Of a stretch of DNA of 64,000 nucleotides, positions 42,201 to 57,200 are shown piece after piece. Source of the stretch: Auanema rhodensis (Eukaryota; Animalia; Nematoda); NCBI GenBank assembly GCA_964057225.1, contig OZ059896.1, forward strand, positions 7,192,001 to 7,256,000. The letters run 5' to 3'. Position numbers and translations under genes: made by a program. Each line of letters begins with the position of its first letter. Positions within the stretch are counted from its first letter, which is position 1. The notes below the pieces were generated by a model. The model was not told where the DNA came from. It did not search any database and was given only the letters and a program-made list of their open reading frames with translations.

Positions 42201-45200
42201 GTGAATATTTTAATTTGATCATAGTTGCAAATCTTGGAGTAAAGTGAACAATCACCGGGCACAACGTGACTACAGCCTGAACTTTTTTGTGAACAATTCT
42301 TGTGGATGGGGTCCAGATAAACCCTTTTTCCGGAAAATAGAAAAGTCCTCGTCAAATCTCTTTCAGAAATTCAGAATCTACACATCTGAATACCCAACCT
42401 GTGAATATTTTAATTCGATCATAGTTGCAAATCTTGGAGTAAAGTGAACAATCACCGGGCACAACGTGACTACAGCCTGAACTTTTTTGTGAACAATTCT
42501 TGTGGATAGGGTCGATATAAACCCTTTTTCCGGAAAATAGAAAGGTCCTCGTCAAATCTCTTTCAGAAATTCAGAATCTACACATCTGAATACCCAATCT
42601 GTGAATATTTTAATTTGATCATAGTTGCAAATCTTGGAGTAAAGTGAACAATCACCGGGCACAACGTGACTACAGCCTGAACTTTTTTGTGAACAATTCT
42701 TGTGGATAGGGTCGATATAAACCCTTTTTCCGGAAAATAGAAAAGTCCTCGTCAAATCTCTTAAAGAAATTCAGAATCTACACATCTGAATACCCAATCT
42801 GTGAATATTTTAATTTGATCATAGTTGCAAATCTTGGAGTAAAGTGAACAATCACCGGGCACAACGTGACTACAGCCTGAACTTTTTTGTGAACAATTCT
42901 TGTGGATAGGGTCGATATAAACCCTTTTTCCGGAAAATAGAAAGGTCCTCGTCAAATCTCTTTCAGAAATTCAGAATCTACACATCTGAATACCCAACCT
43001 GTGAATATTTTAATTTGATCATAGTTGCAAATCTTGGAGTAAAGTGAACAATCACCGGGCACAACGTGACTACAGCCTGAACTTTTTTGTGAACAATTCT
43101 TGTGGATAGGGTCGATATAAACCCTTTTTCCGGAAAATAGAAAGGTCCTCGTCAATTTTCTTTTAGAAATTCAGAATCTACACATCTGAATACCCAACCT
43201 GTGGATATTTTAATTTGATCATAGTTGCAAATCTTAGAGTAAAGTGAACAATCACCGGGCACAACGTGACTACAGCCTGAACTTTTTTGTGAACAATTCT
43301 TGTGGATGGGGTCCAGATAAACCCTTTTTCCGGAAAATAGAAAAGTCCTCGTCAAATCTCTTTCAGAAATTCAGAATCTACACATCTGAATACCCAATCT
43401 GTGAATATTTTAATTTGATCATAGTTGCAAATCTTGGAGTAAAGTGAACAATCACCGGGCACAACGTGACTACAGCCTGAACTTTTTTGTGAACAATTCT
43501 TGTGGATGGTGTCGATATAAACCTTTTTTCCGGAAATAGGAAAACTCCGAGCGAAATCTTACTAAGATTTTCAGATTCTACACATCTGAATACCCATCCT
43601 GTGAATATTTTAATTTGATCATAGTTGCAAATCTTGGAGTAAAGTGAACAATCACCGGGCACAACGTGACTACAGCCTGAACTTTTTTGTGAACAATTCT
43701 TGTGGATGGGGTCCAGATAAACCCTTTTTCCGGAAAATAGAAAAGTCCTCGTCAAATCTCTTTCAGAAATTCAGAATCTACACATCTGAATACCCAACCT
43801 GTGAATATTTTAATTCGATCATAGTTGCAAATCTTGGAGTAAAGTGAACAATCACCGGGCACAACGTGACTACAGCCTGAACTTTTTTGTGAACAATTCT
43901 TGTGGATGGGGTCGATATAAACCCTTTTTCCGGAAAATAGAAAGGTCTTCGTCAATTTTCTTTTAGAAATTCAGAATCTACACATCTGAATACCCAACCT
44001 GTGAATATTTTAATTTGATCATAATTGCAAATCTTGGAGTAAAGTGAACAATCACCGGGCACAACGTGACTACAGCCTGAACTTTTTTGTGAACAATTCT
44101 TGTGGATGGGGTCGATATAAACCCTTTTTCCGTAAAATAGAAAGGTCCTCGTCAAATCTCTTTCAGAAATTCAGAATCTACACATCTGAATACCCAACCT
44201 GTGGATATTTTAATTTGATCATAGTTGCTAATGTTGGAGTAAAGCGAACAATCACAGGGCACAACGTGACTACAGCCTGAACTTTTTTGTGAACAATTCT
44301 TGTGGATAGGGTCGATATAAACCCTTTTTCCGGAAAATAGAAAGGTCCTCGTCAATTTTCTTTTAGAAATTCAGAATCTACACATCTGAATACCCAACCT
44401 GTGAATATTTTAATTTGATCATAGTTGCAAATCTTGGAGTAAAGTGAACAATCACCGGGCACAACGTGACTACAGCCTGAACTTTTTTGTGAACAATTCT
44501 TGTGGATGGGGTCGATATAAACAATTTTTCCGTAAAATAGAAAGGTCCTCGTCAATTCTCTTTCAGAAATTCAGAATCTACACATCTGAATACCCAACCT
44601 GTGGATATTTTAATTTGATCATAGTTGCAAATCTTAGAGTAAAGTGAACAATCACCGGGCACAACGTGACTACAGCCTGAACTTTTTTGTGAACAATTCT
44701 TGTGGATGGGGTCCAAATAAACCCTTTTTCCGGAAAATAGAAAAGTCCTCGTCAAATCTCTTTCAGAAATTCAGAATCTACACATCTGAATACCCAATCT
44801 GTGAATATTTTAATTTGATCATAATTGCAAATCTTGGAGTAAAGTGAACAATCACCGGGCACAACGTGACTACAGCCTGAACTTTTTTGTGAACAATTCT
44901 TGTGGATGGGGTCGATATAAACCCTTTTTCCGTAAAATAGAAAGGTCCTCGTCAAATCTCTTTCAGAAATTCAGAATCTACACATCTGAATACCCAACCT
45001 GTGGATATTTTAATTTGATCATAGTTGCTAATGTTGGAGTAAAGCGAACAATCACAGGGCACAACGTGACTACAGCCTGAACTTTTTTGTGAACAATTCT
45101 TGTGGATAGGGTCCAGATAAACCCTTTTTCCGGAAAATAGAAAAGTCCTCGTCAAATCTCTTTCAGAAATTCAGAATCTACACATCTGAATACCCAACCT

Positions 45201-48200
45201 GTGAATATTTTAATTCGATCATAGTTGCAAATCTTGGAGTAAAGTGAACAATCACCGGGCACAACGTGACTACAGCCTGAACTTTTTTGTGAACAATTCT
45301 TGTGGATAGGGTCGATATAAACCCTTTTTCCGGAAAATAGAAAGGTCCTCGTCAAATCTCTTTCAGAAATTCAGAATCTACACATCTGAATACCCAATCT
45401 GTGAATATTTTAATTTGATCATAGTTGCAAATCTTGGAGTAAAGTGAACAATCACCGGGCACAACGTGACTACAGCCTGAACTTTTTTGTGAACAATTCT
45501 TGTGGATAGGGTCGATATAAACCCTTTTTCCGGAAAATAGAAAAGTCCTCGTCAAATCTCTTAAAGAAATTCAGAATCTACACATCTGAATACCCAATCT
45601 GTGAATATTTTAATTTGATCATAGTTGCAAATCTTGGAGTAAAGTGAACAATCACCGGGCACAACGTGACTACAGCCTGAACTTTTTTGTGAACAATTCT
45701 TGTGGATAGGGTCGATATAAACCCTTTTTCCGGAAAATAGAAAGGTCCTCGTCAAATCTCTTTCAGAAATTCAGAATCTACACATCTGAATACCCAACCT
45801 GTGAATATTTTAATTTGATCATAGTTGCAAATCTTGGAGTAAAGTGAACAATCACCGGGCACAACGTGACTACAGCCTGAACTTTTTTGTGAACAATTCT
45901 TGTGGATAGGGTCGATATAAACCCTTTTTCCGGAAAATAGAAAGGTCCTCGTCAATTTTCTTTTAGAAATTCAGAATCTACACATCTGAATACCCAACCT
46001 GTGGATATTTTAATTTGATCATAGTTGCAAATCTTAGAGTAAAGTGAACAATCACCGGGCACAACGTGACTACAGCCTGAACTTTTTTGTGAACAATTCT
46101 TGTGGATGGGGTCCAGATAAACCCTTTTTCCGGAAAATAGAAAAGTCCTCGTCAAATCTCTTTCAGAAATTCAGAATCTACACATCTGAATACCCAATCT
46201 GTGAATATTTTAATTTGATCATAGTTGCAAATCTTGGAGTAAAGTGAACAATCACCGGGCACAACGTGACTACAGCCTGAACTTTTTTGTGAACAATTCT
46301 TGTGGATGGTGTCGATATAAACCTTTTTTCCGGAAATAGGAAAACTCCGAGCGAAATCTTACTAAGATTTTCAGATTCTACACATCTGAATACCCATCCT
46401 GTGAATATTTTAATTTGATCATAGTTGCAAATCTTGGAGTAAAGTGAACAATCACCGGGCACAACGTGACTACAGCCTGAACTTTTTTGTGAACAATTCT
46501 TGTGGATGGGGTCCAGATAAACCCTTTTTCCGGAAAATAGAAAAGTCCTCGTCAAATCTCTTTCAGAAATTCAGAATCTACACATCTGAATACCCAACCT
46601 GTGAATATTTTAATTCGATCATAGTTGCAAATCTTGGAGTAAAGTGAACAATCACCGGGCACAACGTGACTACAGCCTGAACTTTTTTGTGAACAATTCT
46701 TGTGGATGGGGTCGATATAAACCCTTTTTCCGGAAAATAGAAAGGTCTTCGTCAATTTTCTTTTAGAAATTCAGAATCTACACATCTGAATACCCAACCT
46801 GTGAATATTTTAATTTGATCATAATTGCAAATCTTGGAGTAAAGTGAACAATCACCGGGCACAACGTGACTACAGCCTGAACTTTTTTGTGAACAATTCT
46901 TGTGGATGGGGTCGATATAAACCCTTTTTCCGTAAAATAGAAAGGTCCTCGTCAAATCTCTTTCAGAAATTCAGAATCTACACATCTGAATACCCAACCT
47001 GTGGATATTTTAATTTGATCATAGTTGCTAATGTTGGAGTAAAGCGAACAATCACAGGGCACAACGTGACTACAGCCTGAACTTTTTTGTGAACAATTCT
47101 TGTGGATGGGGTCGATATAAACAATTTTTCCGTAAAATAGAAAGGTCCTCGTCAATTTTCTTTTAGAAATTCAGAATCTACACATCTGAATACCCAACCT
47201 GTGAATATTTTAATTTGATCATAGTTGCAAATCTTGGAGTAAAGTGAACAATCACCGGGCACAACGTGACTACAGCCTGAACTTTTTTGTGAACAATTCT
47301 TGTGGATGGGGTCGATATAAACAATTTTTCCGTAAAATAGAAAGGTCCTCGTCAATTCTCTTTCAGAAATTCAGAATCTACACATCTGAATACCCAACCT
47401 GTGGATATTTTAATTTGATCATAGTTGCAAATCTTAGAGTAAAGTGAACAATCACCGGGCACAACGTGACTACAGCCTGAACTTTTTTGTGAACAATTCT
47501 TGTGGATGGGGTCCAGATAAACCCTTTTTCCGGAAAATAGAAAAGTCCTCGTCAAATCTCTTTCAGAAATTCAGAATCTACACATCTGAATACCCAATCT
47601 GTGAATATTTTAATTTGATCATAGTTGCAAATCTTGGAGTAAAGTGAACAATCACCGGGCACAACGTGACTACAGCCTGAACTTTTTTGTGAACAATTCT
47701 TGTGGATGGGGTCCAGATAAACCCTTTTTCCGGAAAATAGAAAAGTCCTCGTCAATTCTCTTTCAGAAATTCAGAATCTACACATCTGAATACCCATCCT
47801 GTGAATATTTTAATTTGATCATAGTTGCAAATCTTGGAGTAAAGTGAACAATCACCGGGCACAACGTGACTACAGCCTGAACTTTTTTGTGAACAATTCT
47901 TGTGGATGGGGTCCAGATAAACCCTTTTTCCGGAAAATAGAAAAGTCCTCGTCAAATCTCTTTCAGAAATTCAGAATCTACACATCTGAATACCCAACCT
48001 GTGAATATTTTAATTCGATCATAGTTGCAAATCTTGGAGTAAAGTGAACAATCACCGGGCACAACGTGACTACAGCCTGAACTTTTTTGTGAACAATTCT
48101 TGTGGATAGGGTCGATATAAACCCTTTTTCCGGAAAATAGAAAGGTCCTCGTCAAATCTCTTTCAGAAATTCAGAATCTACACATCTGAATACCCAATCT

Positions 48201-51200
48201 GTGAATATTTTAATTTGATCATAGTTGCAAATCTTGGAGTAAAGTGAACAATCACCGGGCACAACGTGACTACAGCCTGAACTTTTTTGTGAACAATTCT
48301 TGTGGATAGGGTCGATATAAACCCTTTTTCCGGAAAATAGAAAAGTCCTCGTCAAATCTCTTAAAGAAATTCAGAATCTACACATCTGAATACCCAATCT
48401 GTGAATATTTTAATTTGATCATAGTTGCAAATCTTGGAGTAAAGTGAACAATCACCGGGCACAACGTGACTACAGCCTGAACTTTTTTGTGAACAATTCT
48501 TGTGGATAGGGTCGATATAAACCCTTTTTCCGGAAAATAGAAAGGTCCTCGTCAAATCTCTTTCAGAAATTCAGAATCTACACATCTGAATACCCAACCT
48601 GTGAATATTTTAATTTGATCATAGTTGCAAATCTTGGAGTAAAGTGAACAATCACCGGGCACAACGTGACTACAGCCTGAACTTTTTTGTGAACAATTCT
48701 TGTGGATAGGGTCGATATAAACCCTTTTTCCGGAAAATAGAAAGGTCCTCGTCAATTTTCTTTTAGAAATTCAGAATCTACACATCTGAATACCCAACCT
48801 GTGGATATTTTAATTTGATCATAGTTGCAAATCTTAGAGTAAAGTGAACAATCACCGGGCACAACGTGACTACAGCCTGAACTTTTTTGTGAACAATTCT
48901 TGTGGATGGGGTCCAGATAAACCCTTTTTCCGGAAAATAGAAAAGTCCTCGTCAAATCTCTTTCAGAAATTCAGAATCTACACATCTGAATACCCAATCT
49001 GTGAATATTTTAATTTGATCATAGTTGCAAATCTTGGAGTAAAGTGAACAATCACCGGGCACAACGTGACTACAGCCTGAACTTTTTTGTGAACAATTCT
49101 TGTGGATGGTGTCGATATAAACCTTTTTTCCGGAAATAGGAAAACTCCGAGCGAAATCTTACTAAGATTTTCAGATTCTACACATCTGAATACCCATCCT
49201 GTGAATATTTTAATTTGATCATAGTTGCAAATCTTGGAGTAAAGTGAACAATCACCGGGCACAACGTGACTACAGCCTGAACTTTTTTGTGAACAATTCT
49301 TGTGGATGGGGTCCAGATAAACCCTTTTTCCGGAAAATAGAAAAGTCCTCGTCAAATCTCTTTCAGAAATTCAGAATCTACACATCTGAATACCCAACCT
49401 GTGAATATTTTAATTCGATCATAGTTGCAAATCTTGGAGTAAAGTGAACAATCACCGGGCACAACGTGACTACAGCCTGAACTTTTTTGTGAACAATTCT
49501 TGTGGATGGGGTCGATATAAACCCTTTTTCCGGAAAATAGAAAGGTCTTCGTCAATTTTCTTTTAGAAATTCAGAATCTACACATCTGAATACCCAACCT
49601 GTGAATATTTTAATTTGATCATAATTGCAAATCTTGGAGTAAAGTGAACAATCACCGGGCACAACGTGACTACAGCCTGAACTTTTTTGTGAACAATTCT
49701 TGTGGATGGGGTCGATATAAACCCTTTTTCCGTAAAATAGAAAGGTCCTCGTCAAATCTCTTTCAGAAATTCAGAATCTACACATCTGAATACCCAACCT
49801 GTGGATATTTTAATTTGATCATAGTTGCTAATGTTGGAGTAAAGCGAACAATCACAGGGCACAACGTGACTACAGCCTGAACTTTTTTGTGAACAATTCT
49901 TGTGGATAGGGTCGATATAAACCCTTTTTCCGGAAAATAGAAAGGTCCTCGTCAATTTTCTTTTAGAAATTCAGAATCTACACATCTGAATACCCAACCT
50001 GTGAATATTTTAATTTGATCATAGTTGCAAATCTTGGAGTAAAGTGAACAATCACCGGGCACAACGTGACTACAGCCTGAACTTTTTTGTGAACAATTCT
50101 TGTGGATGGGGTCGATATAAACAATTTTTCCGTAAAATAGAAAGGTCCTCGTCAATTCTCTTTCAGAAATTCAGAATCTACACATCTGAATACCCAACCT
50201 GTGGATATTTTAATTTGATCATAGTTGCTAATGTTGGAGTAAAGCGAACAATCACAGGGCACAACGTGACTACAGCCTGAACTTTTTTGTGAACAATTCT
50301 TGTGGATGGGGTCGATATAAACCCTTTTTCCGGAAAATAGAAAGGTCTTCGTCAATTTTCTTTTAGAAATTCAGAATCTACACATCTGAATACCCAACCT
50401 GTGGATATTTTAATTTGATCATAGTTGCTAATGTTGGAGTAAAGCGAACAATCACAGGGCACAACGTGACTACAGCCTGAACTTTTTTGTGAACAATTCT
50501 TGTGGATGGGGTCGATATAAACAATTTTTCCGTAAAATAGAAAGGTCCTCGTCAATTCTCTTTCAGAAATTCAGAATCTACACATCTGAATACCCAACCT
50601 GTGGATATTTTAATTTGATCATAGTTGCAAATCTTAGAGTAAAGTGAACAATCACCGGGCACAACGTGACTACAGCCTGAACTTTTTTGTGAACAATTCT
50701 TGTGGATGGGGTCGATATAAACCCTTTTTCCGGAAAATAGAAAGGTCTTCGTCAATTTTCTTTTAGAAATTCAGAATCTACACATCTGAATACCCAACCT
50801 GTGGATATTTTAATTTGATCATAGTTGCAAATCTTGGAGTAAAGTGAACAATCACCGGGCACAACGTGACTACAGGCTGAACTTTTTTGTGAACAATTCT
50901 TGTGGATGGGGTCGATATAAACCCTTTTTCCGGAAAATAGAAAGGTCCTCGTCAATTTTCTTTTAGAAATTCAGAATCTACACATCTGAATACCCAACCT
51001 GTGAATATTTTAATTTGATCATAGTTGCAAATCTTGGAGTAAAGTGAACAATCACCGGGCACAACGTGACTACAGCCTGAACTTTTTTGTGAACAATTCT
51101 TGTGGATGGGGTCGATATAAACCCTTTTTCCGGAAAATAGAAAGGTCTTCGTCAATTTTCTTTTAGAAATTCAGAATCTACACATCTGAATACCCAACCT

Positions 51201-54200
51201 GTGAATATTTTGATTTGATCATAATTGCTAATGTTGGAGTAAAGCGAACAATCACAGGGCACAACGTGACTACAGCCTGAACTTTTTTGTGAACAATTCT
51301 TGTGGATAGGGTCGATATAAACCCTTTTTCCGGAAAATAGAAAGGTCCTCGTCAATTTTCTTTTAGAAATTCAGAATCTACACATCTGAATACCCAACCT
51401 GTGAATATTTTAATTTGATCATAGTTGCAAATCTTGGAGTAAAGTGAACAATCACCGGGCACAACGTGACTACAGCCTGAACTTTTTTGTGAACAATTCT
51501 TGTGGATGGGGTCGATATAAACAATTTTTCCGTAAAATAGAAAGGTCCTCGTCAATTCTCTTTCAGAAATTCAGAATCTACACATCTGAATACCCAACCT
51601 GTGGATATTTTAATTTGATCATAGTTGCTAATGTTGGAGTAAAGCGAACAATCACAGGGCACAACGTGACTACAGCCTGAACTTTTTTGTGAACAATTCT
51701 TGTGGATGGGGTCGATATAAACAATTTTTCCGTAAAATAGAAAGGTCCTCGTCAATTCTCTTTCAGAAATTCAGAATCTACACATCTGAATACCCAACCT
51801 GTGGATATTTTAATTTGATCATAGTTGCAAATCTTAGAGTAAAGTGAACAATCACCGGGCACAACGTGACTACAGCCTGAACTTTTTTGTGAACAATTCT
51901 TGTGGATGGGGTCGATATAAACCCTTTTTCCGGAAAATAGAAAGGTCTTCGTCAATTTTCTTTTAGAAATTCAGAATCTACACATCTGAATACCCAACCT
52001 GTGGATATTTTAATTTGATCATAGTTGCAAATCTTGGAGTAAAGTGAACAATCACCGGGCACAACGTGACTACAGGCTGAACTTTTTTGTGAACAATTCT
52101 TGTGGATGGGGTCGATATAAACCCTTTTTCCGGAAAATAGAAAGGTCCTCGTCAATTTTCTTTTAGAAATTCAGAATCTACACATCTGAATACCCAACCT
52201 GTGAATATTTTAATTTGATCATAGTTGCAAATCTTGGAGTAAAGTGAACAATCACCGGGCACAACGTGACTACAGCCTGAACTTTTTTGTGAACAATTCT
52301 TGTGGATGGGGTCGATATAAACCCTTTTTCCGGAAAATAGAAAGGTCTTCGTCAATTTTCTTTTAGAAATTCAGAATCTACACATCTGAATACCCAACCT
52401 GTGAATATTTTGATTTGATCATAATTGCTAATGTTGGAGTAAAGCGAACAATCACAGGGCACAACGTGACTACAGCCTGAACTTTTTTGTGAACAATTCT
52501 TGTGGATAGGGTCGATATAAACCCTTTTTCCGTAAAATAGAAAGGTCCTCGTCAATTCTCTTTCAGAAATTCAGAATCTACACATCTGAATACCCAACCT
52601 GTGAATATTTTAATTTGATCATAGTTGCAAATCTTGGAGTAAAGTGAACAATCACCGGGCACAACGTGACTACAGCCTGAACTTTTTTGTGAACAATTCT
52701 TGTGGATGGGGTCGATATAAACCCTTTTTCCGGAAAATAGAAAGGTCTTCGTCAATTTTCTTTTAGAAATTCAGAATCTACACATCTGAATACCCAACCT
52801 GTGGATATTTTAATTTGATCATAGTTGCAAATCTTGGAGTAAAGTGAACAATCACCGGGCACAACGTGACTACAGGCTGAACTTTTTTGTGAACAATTCT
52901 TGTGGATGGGGTCGATATAAACCCTTTTTCCGGAAAATAGAAAGGTCCTCGTCAATTTTCTTTTAGAAATTCAGAATCTACACATCTGAATACCCAACCT
53001 GTGAATATTTTAATTTGATCATAGTTGCAAATCTTGGAGTAAAGTGAACAATCACCGGGCACAACGTGACTACAGCCTGAACTTTTTTGTGAACAATTCT
53101 TGTGGATGGGGTCGATATAAACCCTTTTTCCGGAAAATAGAAAGGTCTTCGTCAATTTTCTTTTAGAAATTCAGAATCTACACATCTGAATACCCAACCT
53201 GTGAATATTTTGATTTGATCATAATTGCTAATGTTGGAGTAAAGCGAACAATCACAGGGCACAACGTGACTACAGCCTGAACTTTTTTGTGAACAATTCT
53301 TGTGGATAGGGTCGATATAAACCCTTTTTCCGGAAAATAGAAAGGTCCTCGTCAATTTTCTTTTAGAAATTCAGAATCTACACATCTGAATACCCAACCT
53401 GTGAATATTTTAATTTGATCATAGTTGCAAATCTTGGAGTAAAGTGAACAATCACCGGGCACAACGTGACTACAGCCTGAACTTTTTTGTGAACAATTCT
53501 TGTGGATGGGGTCGATATAAACAATTTTTCCGTAAAATAGAAAGGTCCTCGTCAATTCTCTTTCAGAAATTCAGAATCTACACATCTGAATACCCAACCT
53601 GTGGATATTTTAATTTGATCATAGTTGCTAATGTTGGAGTAAAGCGAACAATCACAGGGCACAACGTGACTACAGCCTGAACTTTTTTGTGAACAATTCT
53701 TGTGGATGGGGTCGATATAAACCCTTTTTCCGGAAAATAGAAAGGTCTTCGTCAATTTTCTTTTAGAAATTCAGAATCTACACATCTGAATACCCAACCT
53801 GTGGATATTTTAATTTGATCATAGTTGCTAATGTTGGAGTAAAGCGAACAATCACAGGGCACAACGTGACTACAGCCTGAACTTTTTTGTGAACAATTCT
53901 TGTGGATGGGGTCGATATAAACAATTTTTCCGTAAAATAGAAAGGTCCTCGTCAATTCTCTTTCAGAAATTCAGAATCTACACATCTGAATACCCAACCT
54001 GTGGATATTTTAATTTGATCATAGTTGCAAATCTTAGAGTAAAGTGAACAATCACCGGGCACAACGTGACTACAGCCTGAACTTTTTTGTGAACAATTCT
54101 TGTGGATGGGGTCGATATAAACCCTTTTTCCGGAAAATAGAAAGGTCTTCGTCAATTTTCTTTTAGAAATTCAGAATCTACACATCTGAATACCCAACCT

Positions 54201-57200
54201 GTGGATATTTTAATTTGATCATAGTTGCAAATCTTGGAGTAAAGTGAACAATCACCGGGCACAACGTGACTACAGGCTGAACTTTTTTGTGAACAATTCT
54301 TGTGGATGGGGTCGATATAAACCCTTTTTCCGGAAAATAGAAAGGTCCTCGTCAATTTTCTTTTAGAAATTCAGAATCTACACATCTGAATACCCAACCT
54401 GTGAATATTTTAATTTGATCATAGTTGCAAATCTTGGAGTAAAGTGAACAATCACCGGGCACAACGTGACTACAGCCTGAACTTTTTTGTGAACAATTCT
54501 TGTGGATGGGGTCGATATAAACCCTTTTTCCGGAAAATAGAAAGGTCTTCGTCAATTTTCTTTTAGAAATTCAGAATCTACACATCTGAATACCCAACCT
54601 GTGAATATTTTGATTTGATCATAATTGCAAATCTTGGAGTAAAGTGAACAATCACCGGGCACAACGTGACTACAGCCTGAACTTTTTTGTGAACAATTCT
54701 TGTGGATGGGGTCGATATAAACCCTTTTTCCGTAAAATAGAAAGGTCCTCGTCAAATCTCTTTCAGAAATTCAGAATCTACACATCTGAATACCCAATCT
54801 GTGAATATTTTAATTTGATCATAGTTGCAAATCTTGGAGTAAAGTGAACAATCACCGGGCACAACGTGACTACAGCCTGAACTTTTTTGTGAACAATTCT
54901 TGTGGATGGGGTCGATATAAACAATTTTTCCGTAAAATAGAAAGGTCCTCGTCAATTCTCTTTCAGAAATTCAGAATCTACACATCTGAATACCCAACCT
55001 GTGAATATTTTAATTTGATCATAGTTGCAAATCTTGGAGTAAAGTGAACAATCACCGGGCACAACGTGACTACAGCCTGAACTTTTTTGTGAACAATTCT
55101 TGTGGATGGGGTCGATATAAACCCTTTTTCCGGAAAATAGAAAGGTCCTCGTCAATTTTCTTTTAGAAATTCAGAATCTACACATCTGAATACCCAACCT
55201 GTGAATATTTTAATTTGATCATAGTTGCAAATCTTGGAGTAAAGTGAACAATCACCGGGCACAACGTGACTACAGCCTGAACTTTTTTGTGAACAATTCT
55301 TGTGGATGGGGTCGATATAAACCCTTTTTCCGGAAAATAGAAAGGTCCTTGTCAATTCTCTTTCAGAAATTCAGAATCTACACATCTGAATACCCAACCT
55401 GTGAATATTTTAATTTGATCATAGTTGCAAATCTTGGAGTAAAGTGAACAATCACCGGGCACAACGTGACTACAGCCTGAACTTTTTTGTGAACAATTCT
55501 TGTGGATGGGGTCGATATAAACAATTTTTCCGGAAAATAGAAAGGTCCTCGTCAATTTTCTTTTAGAAATTCAGAATCTACACATCTGAATACCCAACCT
55601 GTGAATATTTTAATTTGATCATAGTTGCAAATCTTGGAGTAAAGTGAACAATCACCGGGCACAACGTGACTACAGCCTGAACTTTTTTGTGAACAATTCT
55701 TGTGGATGGGGTCGATATAAACCCTTTTTCCGGAAAATAGAAAGGTCCTCGTCAATTTTCTTTTAGAAATTCAGAATCTACACATCTGAATACCCAACCT
55801 GTGAATATTTTAATTTGATCATAGTTGCAAATCTTGGAGTAAAGTGAACAATCACCGGGCACAACGTGACTACAGCCTGAACTTTTTTGTGAACAATTCT
55901 TGTGGATGGGGTCGATATAAACCCTTTTTCCGGAAAATAGAAAGGTCCTCGTCAATTTTCTTTTAGAAATTCAGAATCTACACATCTGAATACTCAACCT
56001 GTGAATATTTTAATTTGATCATAGTTGCAAATCTTGGAGTAAAGTGAACAATCACCGGGCACAACGTGACTACAGCCTGAACTTTTTTGTGAACAATTCT
56101 TGTGGATGGGGTCCAGATAAACCCTTTTTCCGGAAAATAGAAAAGTCCTCGTCAAATCTCTTTCAGAAATTCAGAATCTACACATCTGAATACCCATCCT
56201 GTGAATATTTTAATTTGATCATAGTTGCAAATCTTGGAGTAAAGTGAACAATCACCGGGCACAACGTGACTACAGGCTGAACTTTTTTGTGAACAATTCT
56301 TGTGGATGGGGTCGATATAAACCCTTTTTCCGGAAAATAGAAAGGTCTTCGTCAATTTTCTTTTAGAAATTCAGAATCTACACATCTGAATACCCAACCT
56401 GTGGATATTTTAATTTGATCATAGTTGCAAATCTTGGAGTAAAGTGAACAATCACCGGGCACAACGTGACTACAGGCTGAACTTTTTTGTGAACAATTCT
56501 TGTGGATGGGGTCGATATAAACCCTTTTTCCGGAAAATAGAAAGGTCTTCGTCAATTTTCTTTTAGAAATTCAGAATCTACACATCTGAATACCCAACCT
56601 GTGGATATTTTAATTTGATCATAGTTGCAAATCTTGGAGTAAAGTGAACAATCACCGGGCACAACGTGACTACAGGCTGAACTTTTTTGTGAACAATTCT
56701 TGTGGATGGGGTCGATATAAACCCTTTTTCCGGAAAATAGAAAGGTCCTCGTCAATTTTCTTTTAGAAATTCAGAATCTACACATCTGAATACCCAACCT
56801 GTGAATATTTTAATTTGATCATAGTTGCAAATCTTGGAGTAAAGTGAACAATCACCGGGCACAACGTGACTACAGCCTGAACTTTTTTGTGAACAATTCT
56901 TGTGGATGGGGTCGATATAAACCCTTTTTCCGGAAAATAGAAAGGTCTTCGTCAATTTTCTTTTAGAAATTCAGAATCTACACATCTGAATACCCAACCT
57001 GTGAATATTTTGATTTGATCATAATTGCAAATCTTGGAGTAAAGTGAACAATCACCGGGCACAACGTGACTACAGCCTGAACTTTTTTGTGAACAATTCT
57101 TGTGGATGGGGTCGATATAAACCCTTTTTCCGTAAAATAGAAAGGTCCTCGTCAAATCTCTTTCAGAAATTCAGAATCTACACATCTGAATACCCAATCT

